Of a stretch of DNA of 64,000 nucleotides, positions 23,514-36,500 are shown piece by piece. Made by a program: the position numbers and the translations under genes. Origin of the DNA: Massalongia carnosa (Eukaryota); contig OZ287084.1 of the NCBI GenBank assembly GCA_965645245.1, positions 1,116,001 to 1,180,000 on the forward strand, given 5' to 3'. The notes under the pieces are model-generated. The model was not told the origin of the DNA. It searched no databases and saw only the letters and a list, made by a program, of their open reading frames with translations. Position 1 is the stretch's first letter. The number at the start of each line of letters is the position of its first letter.

Positions 23514-24600
23514 GATTGAGGGGGAATGAGATAAAGGGAGATGAGGGAAAATGCTAAGGAAGGCACTTTTGAATGTTGGTCGAACGTAATGTCACGAAAT
23601 CAGGTCGAGGGCAAGGGCAAAGGCAAGGTGGGTTGATGGTCAAGCTTATTGATTGAGTCTATAGCTATGAATCTAGGCTAGGCTAGGTTGGCTATTCAAG
23701 ACGTTCGACAAAGAATCAGAACTTCCATGATTCGACTTCTTTCTTATATCTTTGTCCTCCCATATTCATCTCTCTAGGGTGGCGGCGAATGATGTCTAGT
23801 CAGTGCGATGATGAATGAGGGGCATTATAGCGGCAATAAGCACGATGGGGTCAGCGAGGAGACGGGAGATGTCAAACATCAATGCGAAGCTATTAGACAT
23901 GATAATAGTCGAAAGACGGGAATAAATCATCAATGCGAGGCTGATTAATGATCAGTAATCGGCGAATTCGAAGAATGATATGAGGGTCCCGAAGGCATGG
24001 CACGACGTCCGTGAGTAGTCATCAGATCAAGGCACGCGATAGAGGCACGTGGTGAGGTCGGAGGCATTTCATGACATAGATGGAATACGCAGGCGCTTTC
24101 GATTTCGTTCCCGCAGCTGCTAGAAGGTTCCATGACGACTATACCACATGGGTACTAGCGCAGTAGAGGATATATAGGGGCAGGTTCTGGTTGTCGATTG
24201 TCTTTTTCCTTCTTCATCTTTATTGTATTCGTTTCTAGTGTCCCTATGACTTGTCTCTAGGTAGATCATAACAGGAGTCAACTATCTACAGGATATGTCC
24301 TCTTTTTATACCTGAGCCAGCCCCTTCTTTCTCATGTTTTACCTTCACCCTAGATGAGAGATTTTGGTGATGGTGGCGGCGATAAGGTGGAGCGATAAGT
24401 GGGCCCGTGGATGTGATCGTTCTAGCGATAAGAGGGTATAGTGGAGTGAGGAGATTGGTGGAGTGGAGTAAGGGGTTTATTCAGACTCATACCGAGGATG
24501 AATCTGAATAGGCTTTCAGGTGGCTTTTACCTCGATCGCCGCTTGACGGTTCGGTAATCATTAGGTTTTAACTCAAACTTTATTTCATGATATCATAACA

Positions 24601-25467
24601 TCTTTGACAAATGGGATTATTTTCGGCAATCTTCAACAATCGAATAGCATATTTTTGATTTTTCATCGATAATCGTAGTTTGACTGGTAAAATATGTGAT
24701 TCAATTTCCATCGCCTAAACAGGCGTGGTTTTGAATATTCCTAAAATCTTTCGAATCATCCGATTTTGCAAATTCTGAAATAATTTTTCATATTTCTTTT
24801 GACTATTGTACCAAATATCTGAACCATAATCCGAAATAGGAACGATGCATGACAAATAAAGCTGTCTGCATGCAGTCGGTTTAAGACCCCATTCCGAGTT
24901 CATCAAATTTTGAATCGCAAAGAACGACCGTTTTGCAGATGAAATTCGAGTTTCGACGTGTTTTGTGTAATTCAGTTTTCGGTCTAGCCAGATTCCCAAC
25001 CATTTGACTACGTTTTTCGGTTCTAGTATAGTTCCGTTTGGTAACTGCATTGTGTCTTTCGATAGATTTCTTCTCTTTTCGAAGTGAATCAGTTCGGATT
25101 TATCATCATCAAATTTGACATTATTCGATGCGGCCTAATCAAATACTGTTTTAACTATAATTTCAATTTCTGTGAAATTCTGTTTTGCTGTTTTGTTTTC
25201 GACATATATTGCAATATCGTCAATAAAACTAGGAGAACGTGCATTGAATTTCATTCGTACTTTCGGAAATAAGTGACGAATATAGATCGAAAATAATATA
25301 GGCGAAATAGGTGAGCCTTGTGGAATTCCTGATTCAACATAATAGGTTTTGCTTTTATTTTCATCGAGTTTTATTTTGACCGATCGTTTTGTCATAAAAT
25401 GTTTGACTCATTGAATAACTATGCGAGATAATTTCAAATTTTTCATGACATTTAACAGCTGATTAAT
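24601..25467 (-). pseudogene. LINE ORF2 RT fragment (subfamily E copy E', left half)
   Basis: ORFs 24715-25050 and 25135-25395; continues at 49194 through TSD AGCTGATTAAT. Confidence 0.88.
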
Positions 25468-26510
25468 CAAGAAATGCATCAAAAGACAAAGTGCAATTAC
25501 CAAACGGGACAATACTAGAACCGAAAAATTCTGTCAAATGGATAGGAGTCTGGTTAGACCGAAAACTAAATTACAAAAAACACGTCGAAACGCGAATTGT
25601 TTCTGCAAATCGATCGTTTTTCGCAATTCAAAATTTGATGAAGTCTGAATAGGGACTAAAGCCAACTGCATGTAGACAGCTCTATTTGTCATGCATTATT
25701 CCTATTTCGGACTATGGCTCAGAAATCTGGTATAATGGTCAAAAGAAATATGAAAAGCTATTTCAGAATCTGCAAAATCGAATGATTCGAAAGATTTTAG
25801 GCACATTCAAAACAATACCTGTTCAGGCGATGGAAATTTAATCGCATATTTTACCAGCCAAGCTTCGATTGTAGATGAAAATCAAAAATACGCAATTCGA
25901 TTATTGAAGATTTCCGAAAATAATCCTATTTGTCAAAGAATTCCCAGTACCTATTCGGTGAAATTCGAAAACATCGGTTTTGACCCTAGTTTATGGAACA
26001 ACAGATATGCTAAATGGAACGAAGACGAGAAAAATCGATTAAACCTCATCCTAGTCAGCTTATCGTTATTCTTTATTCCGTTTCGGATACAGTTCACAAA
26101 ACTGATGAATTCGAATCAGTAAATAATTTCATCAAACCATGGAAGCCGTCTTGTAAAATCAAGTTCCAAATCGAAAGATCAAAAGAAACAGCAAAGTCAA
26201 GTTATTATTCGACTTTATCATAAATTCAATCAATAAACTGTCACGGTACTGCCTCGCTAGCACCCGAATCGAGTCACGGCGCTAAGGCTTGAATGATAAG
26301 CGAAGGCTAGGCTCAGCATGGTTAGCGAGATCAACGGAAAGATTATATCTTTGCTTTCGCTGTTGAGATTTTCTTTCTTCCTTGTCGAACGTCTTGTAAA
26401 TATCCGATAGCCTACATATAGCAAAGACTTCGTACCACCTGATCTTATCTCATTGAGTCCTTCTCGTCACACTACGTTCGACCTACCCTATCAGCTGGTA
26501 CGCCTTTGCC

Positions 26511-27689
26511 ATGGCCGAAGCATCGCCCCCGTCCCCATACATCGTTCCAACTCCTCCCGTTTCCGTGGGTTCTGCGGAAAATTTGTTGTCCGCAGTTCAA
26601 TCTAATCCCATAACCTGGTATGAGTATATGCAGCGCCTGGATCTATTCGCCCACGATGCCAGTACGCATCTGGATACCAATGATCGCGATTTAGCAGAGG
26701 CGAATCACGCGATCCTAGATTTGAACAACAGACTGGCTGGTAGTAACGCGATAGCTGCCGAGCTTCGTGAACAAATACGATCCGCCCCCACCGCAGTCGC
26801 ACATTCATCTCCGCGTTCAGAGAAACATCCTGATCCGCCTATGTACGGCGGAGACAGAGCCGAATTACGCACATGGACTACTCAGCTTCGTCTGAAACTC
26901 TTGATGAACGCAGATCGATACCCCACCATGCCAGGAAAATTAGCGTACGCGATAAGTCGTCTCAAGGATACGGCCTTGTATCAGATTCGTCCTTATATCA
27001 AGGATGACGACACTATCGATCTGCGCGATGTTAGCGAGCTGATTACCGAGCTGGAGCTGGCCTTCGGTGATCCGGACAGAAAGGCCACCGCACAGCGAGA
27101 ACTTCGTCGCCTCCAGCAAGCAAACCGAGAATTCCATGTATATCTGGCCGAGTATCAGCGGTTGATCCCCAATACTGGATACAACGAAGAGGCGAAACGA
27201 TCGATCCTGCTAGAAGGCATTAGTAATGAGCTAAAAAGCGCCATCCTGACGCTTGATCTTCCGACCGACCTAGACGAGGTCATTCAGATTCTCCAGAAGA
27301 TCGACAACCGCTACCGCGCCACCCAGGCCTCCATCCGCAAAGCTGGGACTGTCTTTAGCAACACATCACGATCTAGCTCTGCACCCACTATCGCCGCTGT
27401 CAGCAAACCCACACCCGCTCCCGCTCCCACCGTCACCACCACCACCAAAATCTCCGCACCCCCCTCCTCTGACGCCATGGATCTATCAGTATCTCGTCAT
27501 CGAGGCCCTCTTACCCCCGCCGAGAAATCACGAAGAATGAACGAAGGATTGTGCATGTATTGCGGGGGATATGGACATTTTGCGCAATCCTGCCCGCTAT
27601 CCTCGTCCAAAACACGCCCGCGATTCCAAGTCTCTGAAATGGAACAGAAGACTGTTGATTTGGGGGGAAAAGTACAGTCTCCGAACTAA
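26511..27689 (+). CDS. gag: Gypsy-2 Gag (392 aa)
   Basis: Retrotransposon gag-like core, AMDL motif, CMYCGGYGHFAQSC zinc knuckle. Confidence 0.9.
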   Translation: MAEASPPSPYIVPTPPVSVGSAENLLSAVQSNPITWYEYMQRLDLFAHDASTHLDTNDRDLAEANHAILDLNNRLAGSNAIAAELREQIRSAPTAVAHSSPRSEKHPDPPMYGGDRAELRTWTTQLRLKLLMNADRYPTMPGKLAYAISRLKDTALYQIRPYIKDDDTIDLRDVSELITELELAFGDPDRKATAQRELRRLQQANREFHVYLAEYQRLIPNTGYNEEAKRSILLEGISNELKSAILTLDLPTDLDEVIQILQKIDNRYRATQASIRKAGTVFSNTSRSSSAPTIAAVSKPTPAPAPTVTTTTKISAPPSSDAMDLSVSRHRGPLTPAEKSRRMNEGLCMYCGGYGHFAQSCPLSSSKTRPRFQVSEMEQKTVDLGGKVQSPN

Positions 27690-30600
27690 GTCGCGTTCGG
27701 AGACCAACACGGAACAAGTGTATTTCAATATCAGCATTTTCCTTGTCCACCAAACCTTTGCCAGAAGAAGAATTAGATGGCAAACATTTGGTGATATCAA
27801 TGATTGTATCCATAGGTAATCGTCAAATAAAGACCTATGCACTAGTTGACTGTGGAGCATCTGGTTTTGCTTTTATTGACTCTTCGTTCGCGCGCCGTCA
27901 TTCCCTGCCCCTATCCCCCTTGAAGCAATCTCGTATCCTCGAATTAGCCAATGGACAACCCATCTCCTCTGGTGAAATCACTCACCTAGCCTTACGTCTT
28001 CAAATCGCCACGCATTCCGAGCCCGCCAACCTTCTCGTCACCAATTTGGGCCACTACCCCATCGTTCTAGGGATCAAGTGGCTACAGATACACGACACCA
28101 GTATACGATGGGCTGGAAACACTCTCTCGTTCACGTCACCATACTGTCTTCAGCACTGCCTCGAGAATCATGAACCCAACACTGTCGTCGGAATAAGCAA
28201 CGTTCCAGAACTTCGTGCAGAGAAGGAGCACCCCGCCGCAGTCATGAAAGTCACTAGTCCGGAACAACGAACATCCGCTTCAGACTAGCCCGGCCGGTCT
28301 GAAGGAAAGGGCGCTAAATTGAAGAGGTCTAGCGCCCCCTCCTTCGACCAATCAGATCCAGACCCAAGATCCAAGACCCCGCCCGAGACTGAGAAACCTG
28401 AGACCGAGAAACCTGAGACCGAGAAACCCGAGAACAAGAAACCCCTGAATATCTGCATGATAGGAGCCGCCCCTTTTGTCCGTCTTGCGCGGAAAAAGGA
28501 CTGCGAACTATTTACCGTGAACCTTAGAGACATTGAACGAGCCCTGACCCCGAAACCGGAAGTTGATCCCGCTACAATATTGCCGCCGGAGTATCACGAA
28601 TTTCTTGATGTATTTTCCAAGAATGAAGCTGATAAACTGCCCGAATGCCGTAGCTATAACCACACTATTCTGCTGATGGAAGGGAAAGAACCCACGTATG
28701 GACCCTTGTATGGCATGAGCCGAGATGAATTGCTGGTACTGCAGAAGTATCTTACCGAGAATTTGGAGAAAGGATTTATTCGTTCAAGTTCTTCCCCCGC
28801 CGCGTCCCCAGTACTGTTTGTCAAAAAGCCGGGCGGAGGCCTGCGCTTTTGCGTTGATTATAGAGCATTGAACGCTATGACTATCAAAAACAGATATCCC
28901 CTGCCCCTGATCAGAGAAACTCTAGACCGCCTGAGTAAAGCATGCATTTTTACTAAGCTAGATATAGTCGCCGCATTCAATCGCCTTCGTATGGCCTATG
29001 GAGAGGAGTGGAAAACCGCCTTTCGGACAAGATACGGTTTGTTTGAATATCTCGTTATGCCCTTCGGTCTCGCCAATGCACCCAGTTCGTTTCAGCATTA
29101 TATCAATGATGTTTTACGAGAATATCTCGATATATTCTGTACCGCTTATATCGACGATATATTAATCTACAGTAGTTCCATGAAAGAATATAAGGGTCAT
29201 GTCACTAAAGTTTTGAAGGCTCTGCAAAAAGCGGGGTTACAACTGGATATTTCGAAATGCGAATTCCATGTAACGGAGACAATATATCTTGGATTTATTA
29301 TTTCGGATAAAGGCATAAAAATGGACCCTAAGAAAATAGAGACCATAAAGAACTAAAATACCCCGAAGAACCTCAAGGATGTGCAGGCGTTTATAGGATT
29401 TGCGAATTTCTACAGACGGTTTGTGATATCCTTTTCAAAGATCGCTGCCCCCCTCACCGCTATGTCTAAAAAGATTACGCCATTCGTGTGGACCGAAGAG
29501 TGTGCAAAGGCCTTTAAAAGCTTAAAGGATGTGTTCTCCAGTGACACCATAATAATTCATTTCGACCCCGATAAGGAAAACATAGTGGAAACAGATTCTT
29601 CCGACTATGTAAGCGCAGGAGTACTATCACAGTATGAGGTAGAGGGTGTACTTAAACCAGTAGCCTTCTTTTCCAAAAGACTATCGCCAGCGGAGTGTAA
29701 TTATGAAATCTATGATAAAGAACTTCTGGCCATTATCAGAGCTTTTGAAGAATAGAGACCCGAATTGCAAGGAGCAGCACATCCAGTAAAGGTAATAACA
29801 GACCATAAGAATCTCGAGTACTTCACTACCACCAAGCAACTCAGCAGGCGCCAGGCAAGATGGGCCGAATTTTTATCACGATTCGACTTTAAGATAGGTT
29901 ACAGACCAGGGAAACAAGGAGAAAAACCAGATTCTTTGACTAGAAGATCAGGAGATCTTTCTAAAGAGGGGGACCTGAGACTGGAACATCAGAATCAGGT
30001 GGTAATAAAACCCCATAATTTCGAACTTCTGGCTAATAATCTGCTTCGCCTGACCGATATTACCAACGATGACGCTGATACGGATAATGATCTAGAAACC
30101 GAACATGAAGACTCCGAGAAATCTATCGAGGAATTGATGAATCAAAGATACGAGCTGGACCCATTCCCCAATAGCATTTTGACTCTTCTTCGAAACGGTG
30201 CTAGCCATAGCAAGGATATAACTCTGGCCGAATGCGAAGACCGAGATGGGAGACTATATTACCGCGAACGCCTATACGTACCCGATTTCCATGATTTGAG
30301 ACTCAGACTATGCAAGGAACACCACGATAGCCCTGTCGCCGGTCATCCCGGTAGAGCCAAAACTTTCGGTTTGCTATCTCGAACTTATTATTGGCCTCAG
30401 TACCATCATTTCGTAGCACGATACGTACAGAACTGTCACGTATGTTCTCGTAGCAAAGCTTCCCGTTATCCAAAGTACGGTGTGTTAAGACCTCTGCCCA
30501 TTCCTCAGCAACGCTGGAGAGATATTTCCATAGACTTTGTAAGCGGCATACCCGAATCCGGTAGTGACAAGAAAGACGCAATCCTGGTTGTAGTTGATCG

Positions 30601-31606
30601 ACTCACCAAGATGAAGCATTACATACCGTGCAAAGAGACTACCAACGCTCACGATTTAGCCAAGTTGTATCTGCAGAATGTATGAAATTACACGGCCTGC
30701 CCGAATCAATAGTCTCGGATCGCGGAGGGCAGTTCATCTCGGAATTCTGGAAGGCTCTATGTGAAAGACTAGGAATTAAGTCGGCCCTATCCACATCCTT
30801 TCACCCGGAGACAGATGGCCAAACGGAACGATTCAATGCAGTCATGGAATCATATTTAAGAGGCTACGTAAATTACATGCAAGATGCCTGGGAAGAATAG
30901 CTACCAATGGCAGAGTTCACTAGCAACAATGTTGATTCCGAGACCACTACGACAAGTCCCTTTTTAGCGAATTATGGCTTCCACCCCCGTCTAGGTTTCG
31001 AACCTCTCTCTCGCACCAACAACTCCCCAGAGCTCACCAATGCTGATGAATTTGCTACCAAGATGGAAGAGATTAATGCCCACCTTCAAAATGAAATGCG
31101 ATTGGCTCAAGCTCGGTATGAATCCACTGCTAATTATCATAGAACCCCCGCACCGTCGTTTCGCGTAGGAGACGAAGTCTGGTTGAATGCTAAGAATATC
31201 AAAACCAAGCGACCTTCTAAAAAGCTGGATTGGAAGAAGTTAGGAAGATTTACCATCAAGCGAGTAGTAAGTAAGTATGCTTACGAACTTGATCTCCCTA
31301 CCTCTAAAAATACACCCTGTATTCCACGTTTCTCTGCTAGAGCCGGTTGCTCAGAACCCACACGATGGCCAAATTCCTCCACCTGCCCCGCCGGTTGAAG
31401 TTGAAGGTGAAGAAGAGTGGGAGGTGGAGAGTATTCTTGATTCGAGATTTTTCCGAAGACGACTGCAATATCTTGTTAAGTGGGCCGGCCATGACGCACC
31501 TAGTTGGAATGAAGAAAAGGACATCACTCACTGCGAAGATTTATTACGAGAATATCACCAACTGAGGCCTACCAAACCTAGAGGTTCTCGCGGAGCTCGA
31601 ACCTAA
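27665..31606 (+). pseudogene. pol: Gypsy-2 Pol (PR-RT-RH-IN-chromodomain), disrupted
   Basis: LVDCGASG, YIDD, ETDSS, HHCC, chromodomain EEWEVESILDSR; stops at 28286, 29354, 29753 and 30898; frameshifts near 30683 and 31305. Confidence 0.92.
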
Positions 31607-32069
31607 AGAGGAGACCTGATGTCACGGTACTGCCTCGCTAGCACCCGAATCGAGTCACGGCGCTAAGGCTTGAATGATAAGCGAGGGCTAGGCTCAGCAT
31701 GGTTAGCGAGATCAACGGAAAGATTATATCTTTGCTTTCGCTGTTGAGATTTTCTTTCTTCCTTGTCGAACGTCTTGTAAATATCCGATAGCCTACATAT
31801 AGCAAAGACTTCGTACCACCTGGTCTTATCTCATTGAGTCCTTCTCGTCACATAAACGCCGATAAATCGCGAGTGTTACTCTATACCGATGGATCAAAAA
31901 CCGAGTTCTCAACTTCCGCTGTCACATTTGCACCAATTATGCGAATTTGGAACAATTTCACCGATAACTTCAATCGTTTTATCGAAAAAGATTGTCTCCT
32001 CAAACATCATACGATTTCGAAAAGCTGGAAATTAAACAAACAGTCAAGCGTTAAAAACGCTGAACTGTA

Positions 32070-32879
32070 ACGTATTTACTAGCCAATCGGGCCAGCTACC
32101 CATTCGGGCCACCCACCAAAACCAACACCAAAATTTCAACTTTTTCGCCTTGCATCTTGTACCACACCACCATGGCCTCATCAAATGAAACCATCATTGA
32201 TGTTAATAGTTCTGATACTAGAATGGAATTAGCTATCGCTGAGTTGAAAAGAAATCCTGCTATATCTCAGCGTCAATTAGCTAAGGAGTATAACGTGCCT
32301 AGATCTACCCTTCAAGCACGTATTCACGGTCGGAAATCAGCCAAAACCTATCATGAAGAGTCTCAACGATTATCAGTAATTGAGGAAAGGGCTCTGATTG
32401 GCTGGATAGAACAGATGACCGAGTGGGGCTGGCCCCCACGCATACAACATCTAGAAAGCTCGGCAAAAAATCTTCTGAATGCGAAGGGCGATAGCGAGCC
32501 TTTGGGTCATTGTTGGTATCAGAATTTTTTAAAGAGACACCCTGATTTCAAGTGCAAACACAGTAGAAATCTGGATCAAGTCCGAAAAGATGCTGGAAAC
32601 GTTGATATCATAAAGGACTGGTATCAATTATACTCGACTACCCGAACGAAGTATGGAATAGCCGACGGAGATGTATACAACATGGATGAAAAAGGGTTTG
32701 CCATGGGCATCGCCGATAGCTCCAAAGTGTTAGTGAAAGTCACTGAAGCTGAAGCATTCAACGTCCATTCGGGTAATAGGGACTGGGTTTCAATGATTGA
32801 ATGTGTTTCATCTTTGGGATCCGTTTTACCAGCTTATTTTATATTTCAAGGAGTTCGAGTACAGCAAGCCTGGCTAGGT
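32070..32879 (+). mobile_element. Fot1/pogo-family DNA transposon, 3'-truncated (left TIR plus transposase N-terminus from ATG 32172)
   Basis: TA target followed by ACGT start and internal TCGGGCCA repeats; HTH (SQRQLAKEYNVPRSTL), CENP-B-like HTH, first catalytic motif YNMDEKGF. Confidence 0.88.
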
Positions 32880-33528
32880 TTCGAAATGAAACCTGGCATA
32901 TCGAGATTTTATTATTTATCAAACAACTGTTCCAAATTGATATTTGCCACTATTATGCAATTAAAATTCGGACACGGCTATTTTCGATAATATTTACATC
33001 GATTGAAAGATTATAATTCGTCAAAATGCTCAAATCGATGCAATCAACGACAAACGCCAGAACACTTGTTATTGAATTGCATTCACTATTTCGATGAAAT
33101 TCAAAACATGAAACAAACCATCGATACTACGATCAACTTGAATATGTTGTTTAATACAAAAATCGGAAATGACATTTTGATTAAATTCATTGTCAATAAC
33201 AAAATCGCGACTAGAAAATGGATACTAGGTCAGCTTGATGACGATATTTTCGAAATTGGAGGTTGGGGAGAGATCGAACAGTAAAATCAGAAACGATTTA
33301 TGCTGAAACAGTTACGAACTTACAAAGATAAATTGTAAAATCGATAATTTTCGATTACTATAGGTTGTTACTAACACGGAGTAAAAATGGGGAAAAATTG
33401 ACGATACATAGATGGGTTATAAAGGGTTGATTTATTTGTAATATAGAAACATATCCTAAAATAGTTTAGTGTCATAACCTTAGGTTGAATACACTTAATG
33501 AATAAATAAAAAAAATAAAAAATAAAAA
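32880..33528 (+). mobile_element. 5'-truncated LINE (subfamily D): ORF2 end, 3' UTR and tail
   Basis: EMKPGISRFYY...GGWGEIEQ*, terminal motif and A-rich tail. Confidence 0.9.
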
Positions 33529-36500
33529 ACGTATTTACAGCTTATAAATACACTAAACCGCGCATGTTCGAAAAAATACCACCTATTCAATATGAAAATA
33601 AGTTAAATGTTCAATTCGATCACAAATGCGATGCGTTTGTGTCAGCAATGTACACAAAAAACCCGTTCACTGATGATAATATTGAAGATTTAACGAATCA
33701 AGACAGCGAAAATGACAACAATTGGCCGAATTTAACCGAAAATGAATTGCAAAATGCGATTAGTTTGTTTAATTCAAAGAAATCATGTGGACCTGATGCA
33801 ATCAATTTCACAATAATTCAAAAATCGTTTCAACCAATGAAAAACGTGTTTTTTACTATTTATTCTAAATTTATACAAATCAGTTATCACCCGTTATGTT
33901 GGCGAACAGGACTCGGTGCTGTTTTAAAAAAACCTAATAAACCAGACTACTCGCTGCCAAAATCATATCGAATTATTACCTTACTGAATTGTCTTGGTAA
34001 AATTGCGGAGAAAATAGTTGCTAATCGACTAGCCTACCTCGGCGAAAATTCGAGCTTGTTAGATACCGAACAAATGGGCGGACGGAAAAATCATTCTGCA
34101 ATCGATGCGGTAATGAACGTCGTTCATGATATCGAAAACGCAAACCGAAATAAAAACGTTTTATCATGTCTATTACTCGATGTCAAAGGAGCATTCGACT
34201 TTGTTTTGATTAATCAATTGATAAATGTCATGAAAAAGCTGCATTTATCTCGCATAGTTATTCAATGGGTCAAGCATTTTATGAGAAAACGATCGATCAA
34301 TTTGATATTCGATGAACACAAAAGTAAAACGTACTATATCGAATCTGGAATTCCACAAGGTTCACCTATTTCGCCAATTCTATTTCTGATTTATATTCGT
34401 TACTTATTTCCGAAAATACGAATGAAATTCAATGCTCATTCACCTAGCTTTATAGACGATGTTGCAATATATGTCGAAAATAAAACTGCCATACAGAATT
34501 GCAAAGAAATCGAAATTATCGTCAAAACAGCTTTTGATTGGGCCGCAACGAATAATGTCAAATTTGATGACGACAAATCTGAGTTGATTCACTTCGAAAA
34601 GTCAAGAAATGCATCAAAAGTCAAAGTGCAATTACCAAACGGGACAATACTAGAACCGAAAAATTCTGTCAAATGGTTAGGAGTCTGGTTAGACCGAAAA
34701 CTAAATTACAAAAAACACGTCGAAACGCGAATTGCTTCTGCAAATCGATCGTTTTTCGCAATTCAAAATTTGATGAAGTCTGAATGGGGACTAAAGCCAA
34801 CTGCATGCAGACAGCTCTATTTGTCATGCATTATTCCTATTTCGGACTATGGCTCAGAAATCTGGTATAACGGTCAAAAGAAATATGAAAAGCTATTTCA
34901 GAATCTGCAAAATCGAATGATTCGAAAGATTTTAGGCACATTCAAAACCACGCCTGTTCAGGCGATGGAAATTGAATCGCATATTTTACCAGCCAAGCTA
35001 CGATTGTTGATGAAAAATCAAAAATACGCAATTCGATTATTGAAGATTGCCGAAAATAATCCTATTTGTCAAAGAATTCCCAGTACCTATACGGTGAAAT
35101 TTGAAAAGATTGGTTTTGACACTAGTTTATGGAACAACAGATATGCTGAATGGAACGAAGACGAGAAAAAATCGAGTAAACCTCATCCTAGACAGCTTAT
35201 CCGTATTCTTCATTCCGTTTCGGATATAGTTCACAAAACTGATGAATTCGAATCAGTAAATAATTTCATCAAACCATGGAAGCCGTCTTGTAAAATCAAG
35301 TTCCAAATCGAAAGATCCAAAGAAACAGCAAAGTCAAGTTATTATTCGACTTTATCAAAAATTCAATCAATAAACGCCGATAAATCGCAAATTTTACTCT
35401 ATACCGACGGATCAAAAACCGAGTTTTCAACTTCCGCTGTCACATTTGCACCAATTACGCGAAATTGGAACAATTTCACCGATAACTTCAATCGTTTTAT
35501 CGAAAAAGATTGTCTCCTCAAACATCATACGATTTCGAAAAGCTGGAAATTAAACAAACAGTCAAGCGTTAAAAACGCTGAACTGTATGCGATACTACAA
35601 GCAATAAAATGGGCATACAAATTGACAATTGCGAATATTCTCTTCAATTTAGAAAAAACGATTTGGATTTTTTCCGATAGCATAAACGCGATAAACGAAA
35701 TTCAGAACTTGACAAATCATACTTACGCAAAACAAATTCGAAAATTATCGAAATGCTTATTCGGAAACAATTATCAGGTGGTTCTACAATGGATTCCTAG
35801 TCATTCGAAAATCTTCGAAAATGAAATTGCAGATAAAGCAGCAAAAGCGGGACATAGTGGAATCCTAGTCGAGTCTTCGATAATAACATTTGATTATGTG
35901 AAGGGTCAAATAAATCGAAATATGTTAGCCACATGGGCGAATCAATGGCAACAATGCAAGTCAAAAGACAAATACTATGAGAAATTCGAAATGCAGCCGG
36001 GCAAATCGAGTTTTTATTATCTGTCGAATAATTGTTCTAAATTAATATTTGCAACTATTATGCAAATGAAATTCGGACACGGTTATTTTCGATCATATCT
36101 GCACCGATTGAAAGATTATAATTCGTCAAAATGCACAGGGCGCTGCAACGAACGTCAAACGCCAGAACAATTATTGATGAATTGCATACATTATTCAAAT
36201 GAAATCCTAAACATGAAACAAAATATCGATACCACAATTACTTTAAAAATGTTGTTTAATACTAGGATCGGAAATAATATTTTGATTAAATTTATTGTTG
36301 ATAACAAAATCGCGACTAGAAAATGGAAGCTAGGTCAGCTCGATGACGAAAATATCCAAACGGGAGGTTGGGGAGAGATCGAACAGTAAAATTAGAAATG
36401 ATTTATGCTGGAATATTTACGAGCTTTACAAAAACAAATTTTAAAATCGATATTTCGATTACTAAAGGTTGTTACTAACACGGAGTAAAAACGGGGCAAT

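Larger units (their letters stand above)
17396..24076 (-). mobile_element. Ty3/Gypsy chromovirus 1 (487-bp LTRs at 17396-17882 and 23590-24076)
   Basis: TG..CA LTRs with one visible mismatch; TSD TAGAT at 17391-17395 and 24077-24081; PPT GAAGGGGGAG; gag and pol present. Confidence 0.96.
16255..24273 (+). mobile_element. Non-autonomous TRIM-like LTR element X: 251-bp LTRs (16255-16505; 17337-17395 + 24082-24273), ~830-bp non-coding interior
   Basis: Direct repeats TGTCACGATT...GATCATAA(C/T)A; TSD GGAGT at 16250-16254 and 24274-24278; purine tract before the 3' LTR; solo copy at 52937. Confidence 0.9.
16131..24600. mobile_element. Solo-like LTR (family Y), split into 16131-16254 and 24279-24600 by a nested insertion
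   Basis: TGTCAAG...CATAACA termini; contains CAAGACGTCGGAC, similar to the CAAGACGTTCGAC motif of the Gypsy LTRs; flanks TAAAT and TCTTT do not form a TSD. Confidence 0.65.
26239..31852 (+). mobile_element. Ty3/Gypsy chromovirus 2 (233-bp LTRs at 26239-26471 and 31620-31852)
   Basis: TG..CA LTRs with two visible mismatches; TSD TAAAC at 26234-26238 and 31853-31857. Confidence 0.96.
25468..32069 (+). mobile_element. 5'-truncated LINE A copy A3, 5' part (25468-26238 + 31858-32069), degenerate ORF2 interrupted by Gypsy-2
   Basis: Near-identical to A1 ~5495-6479, with stops and frameshifts. Confidence 0.88.
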
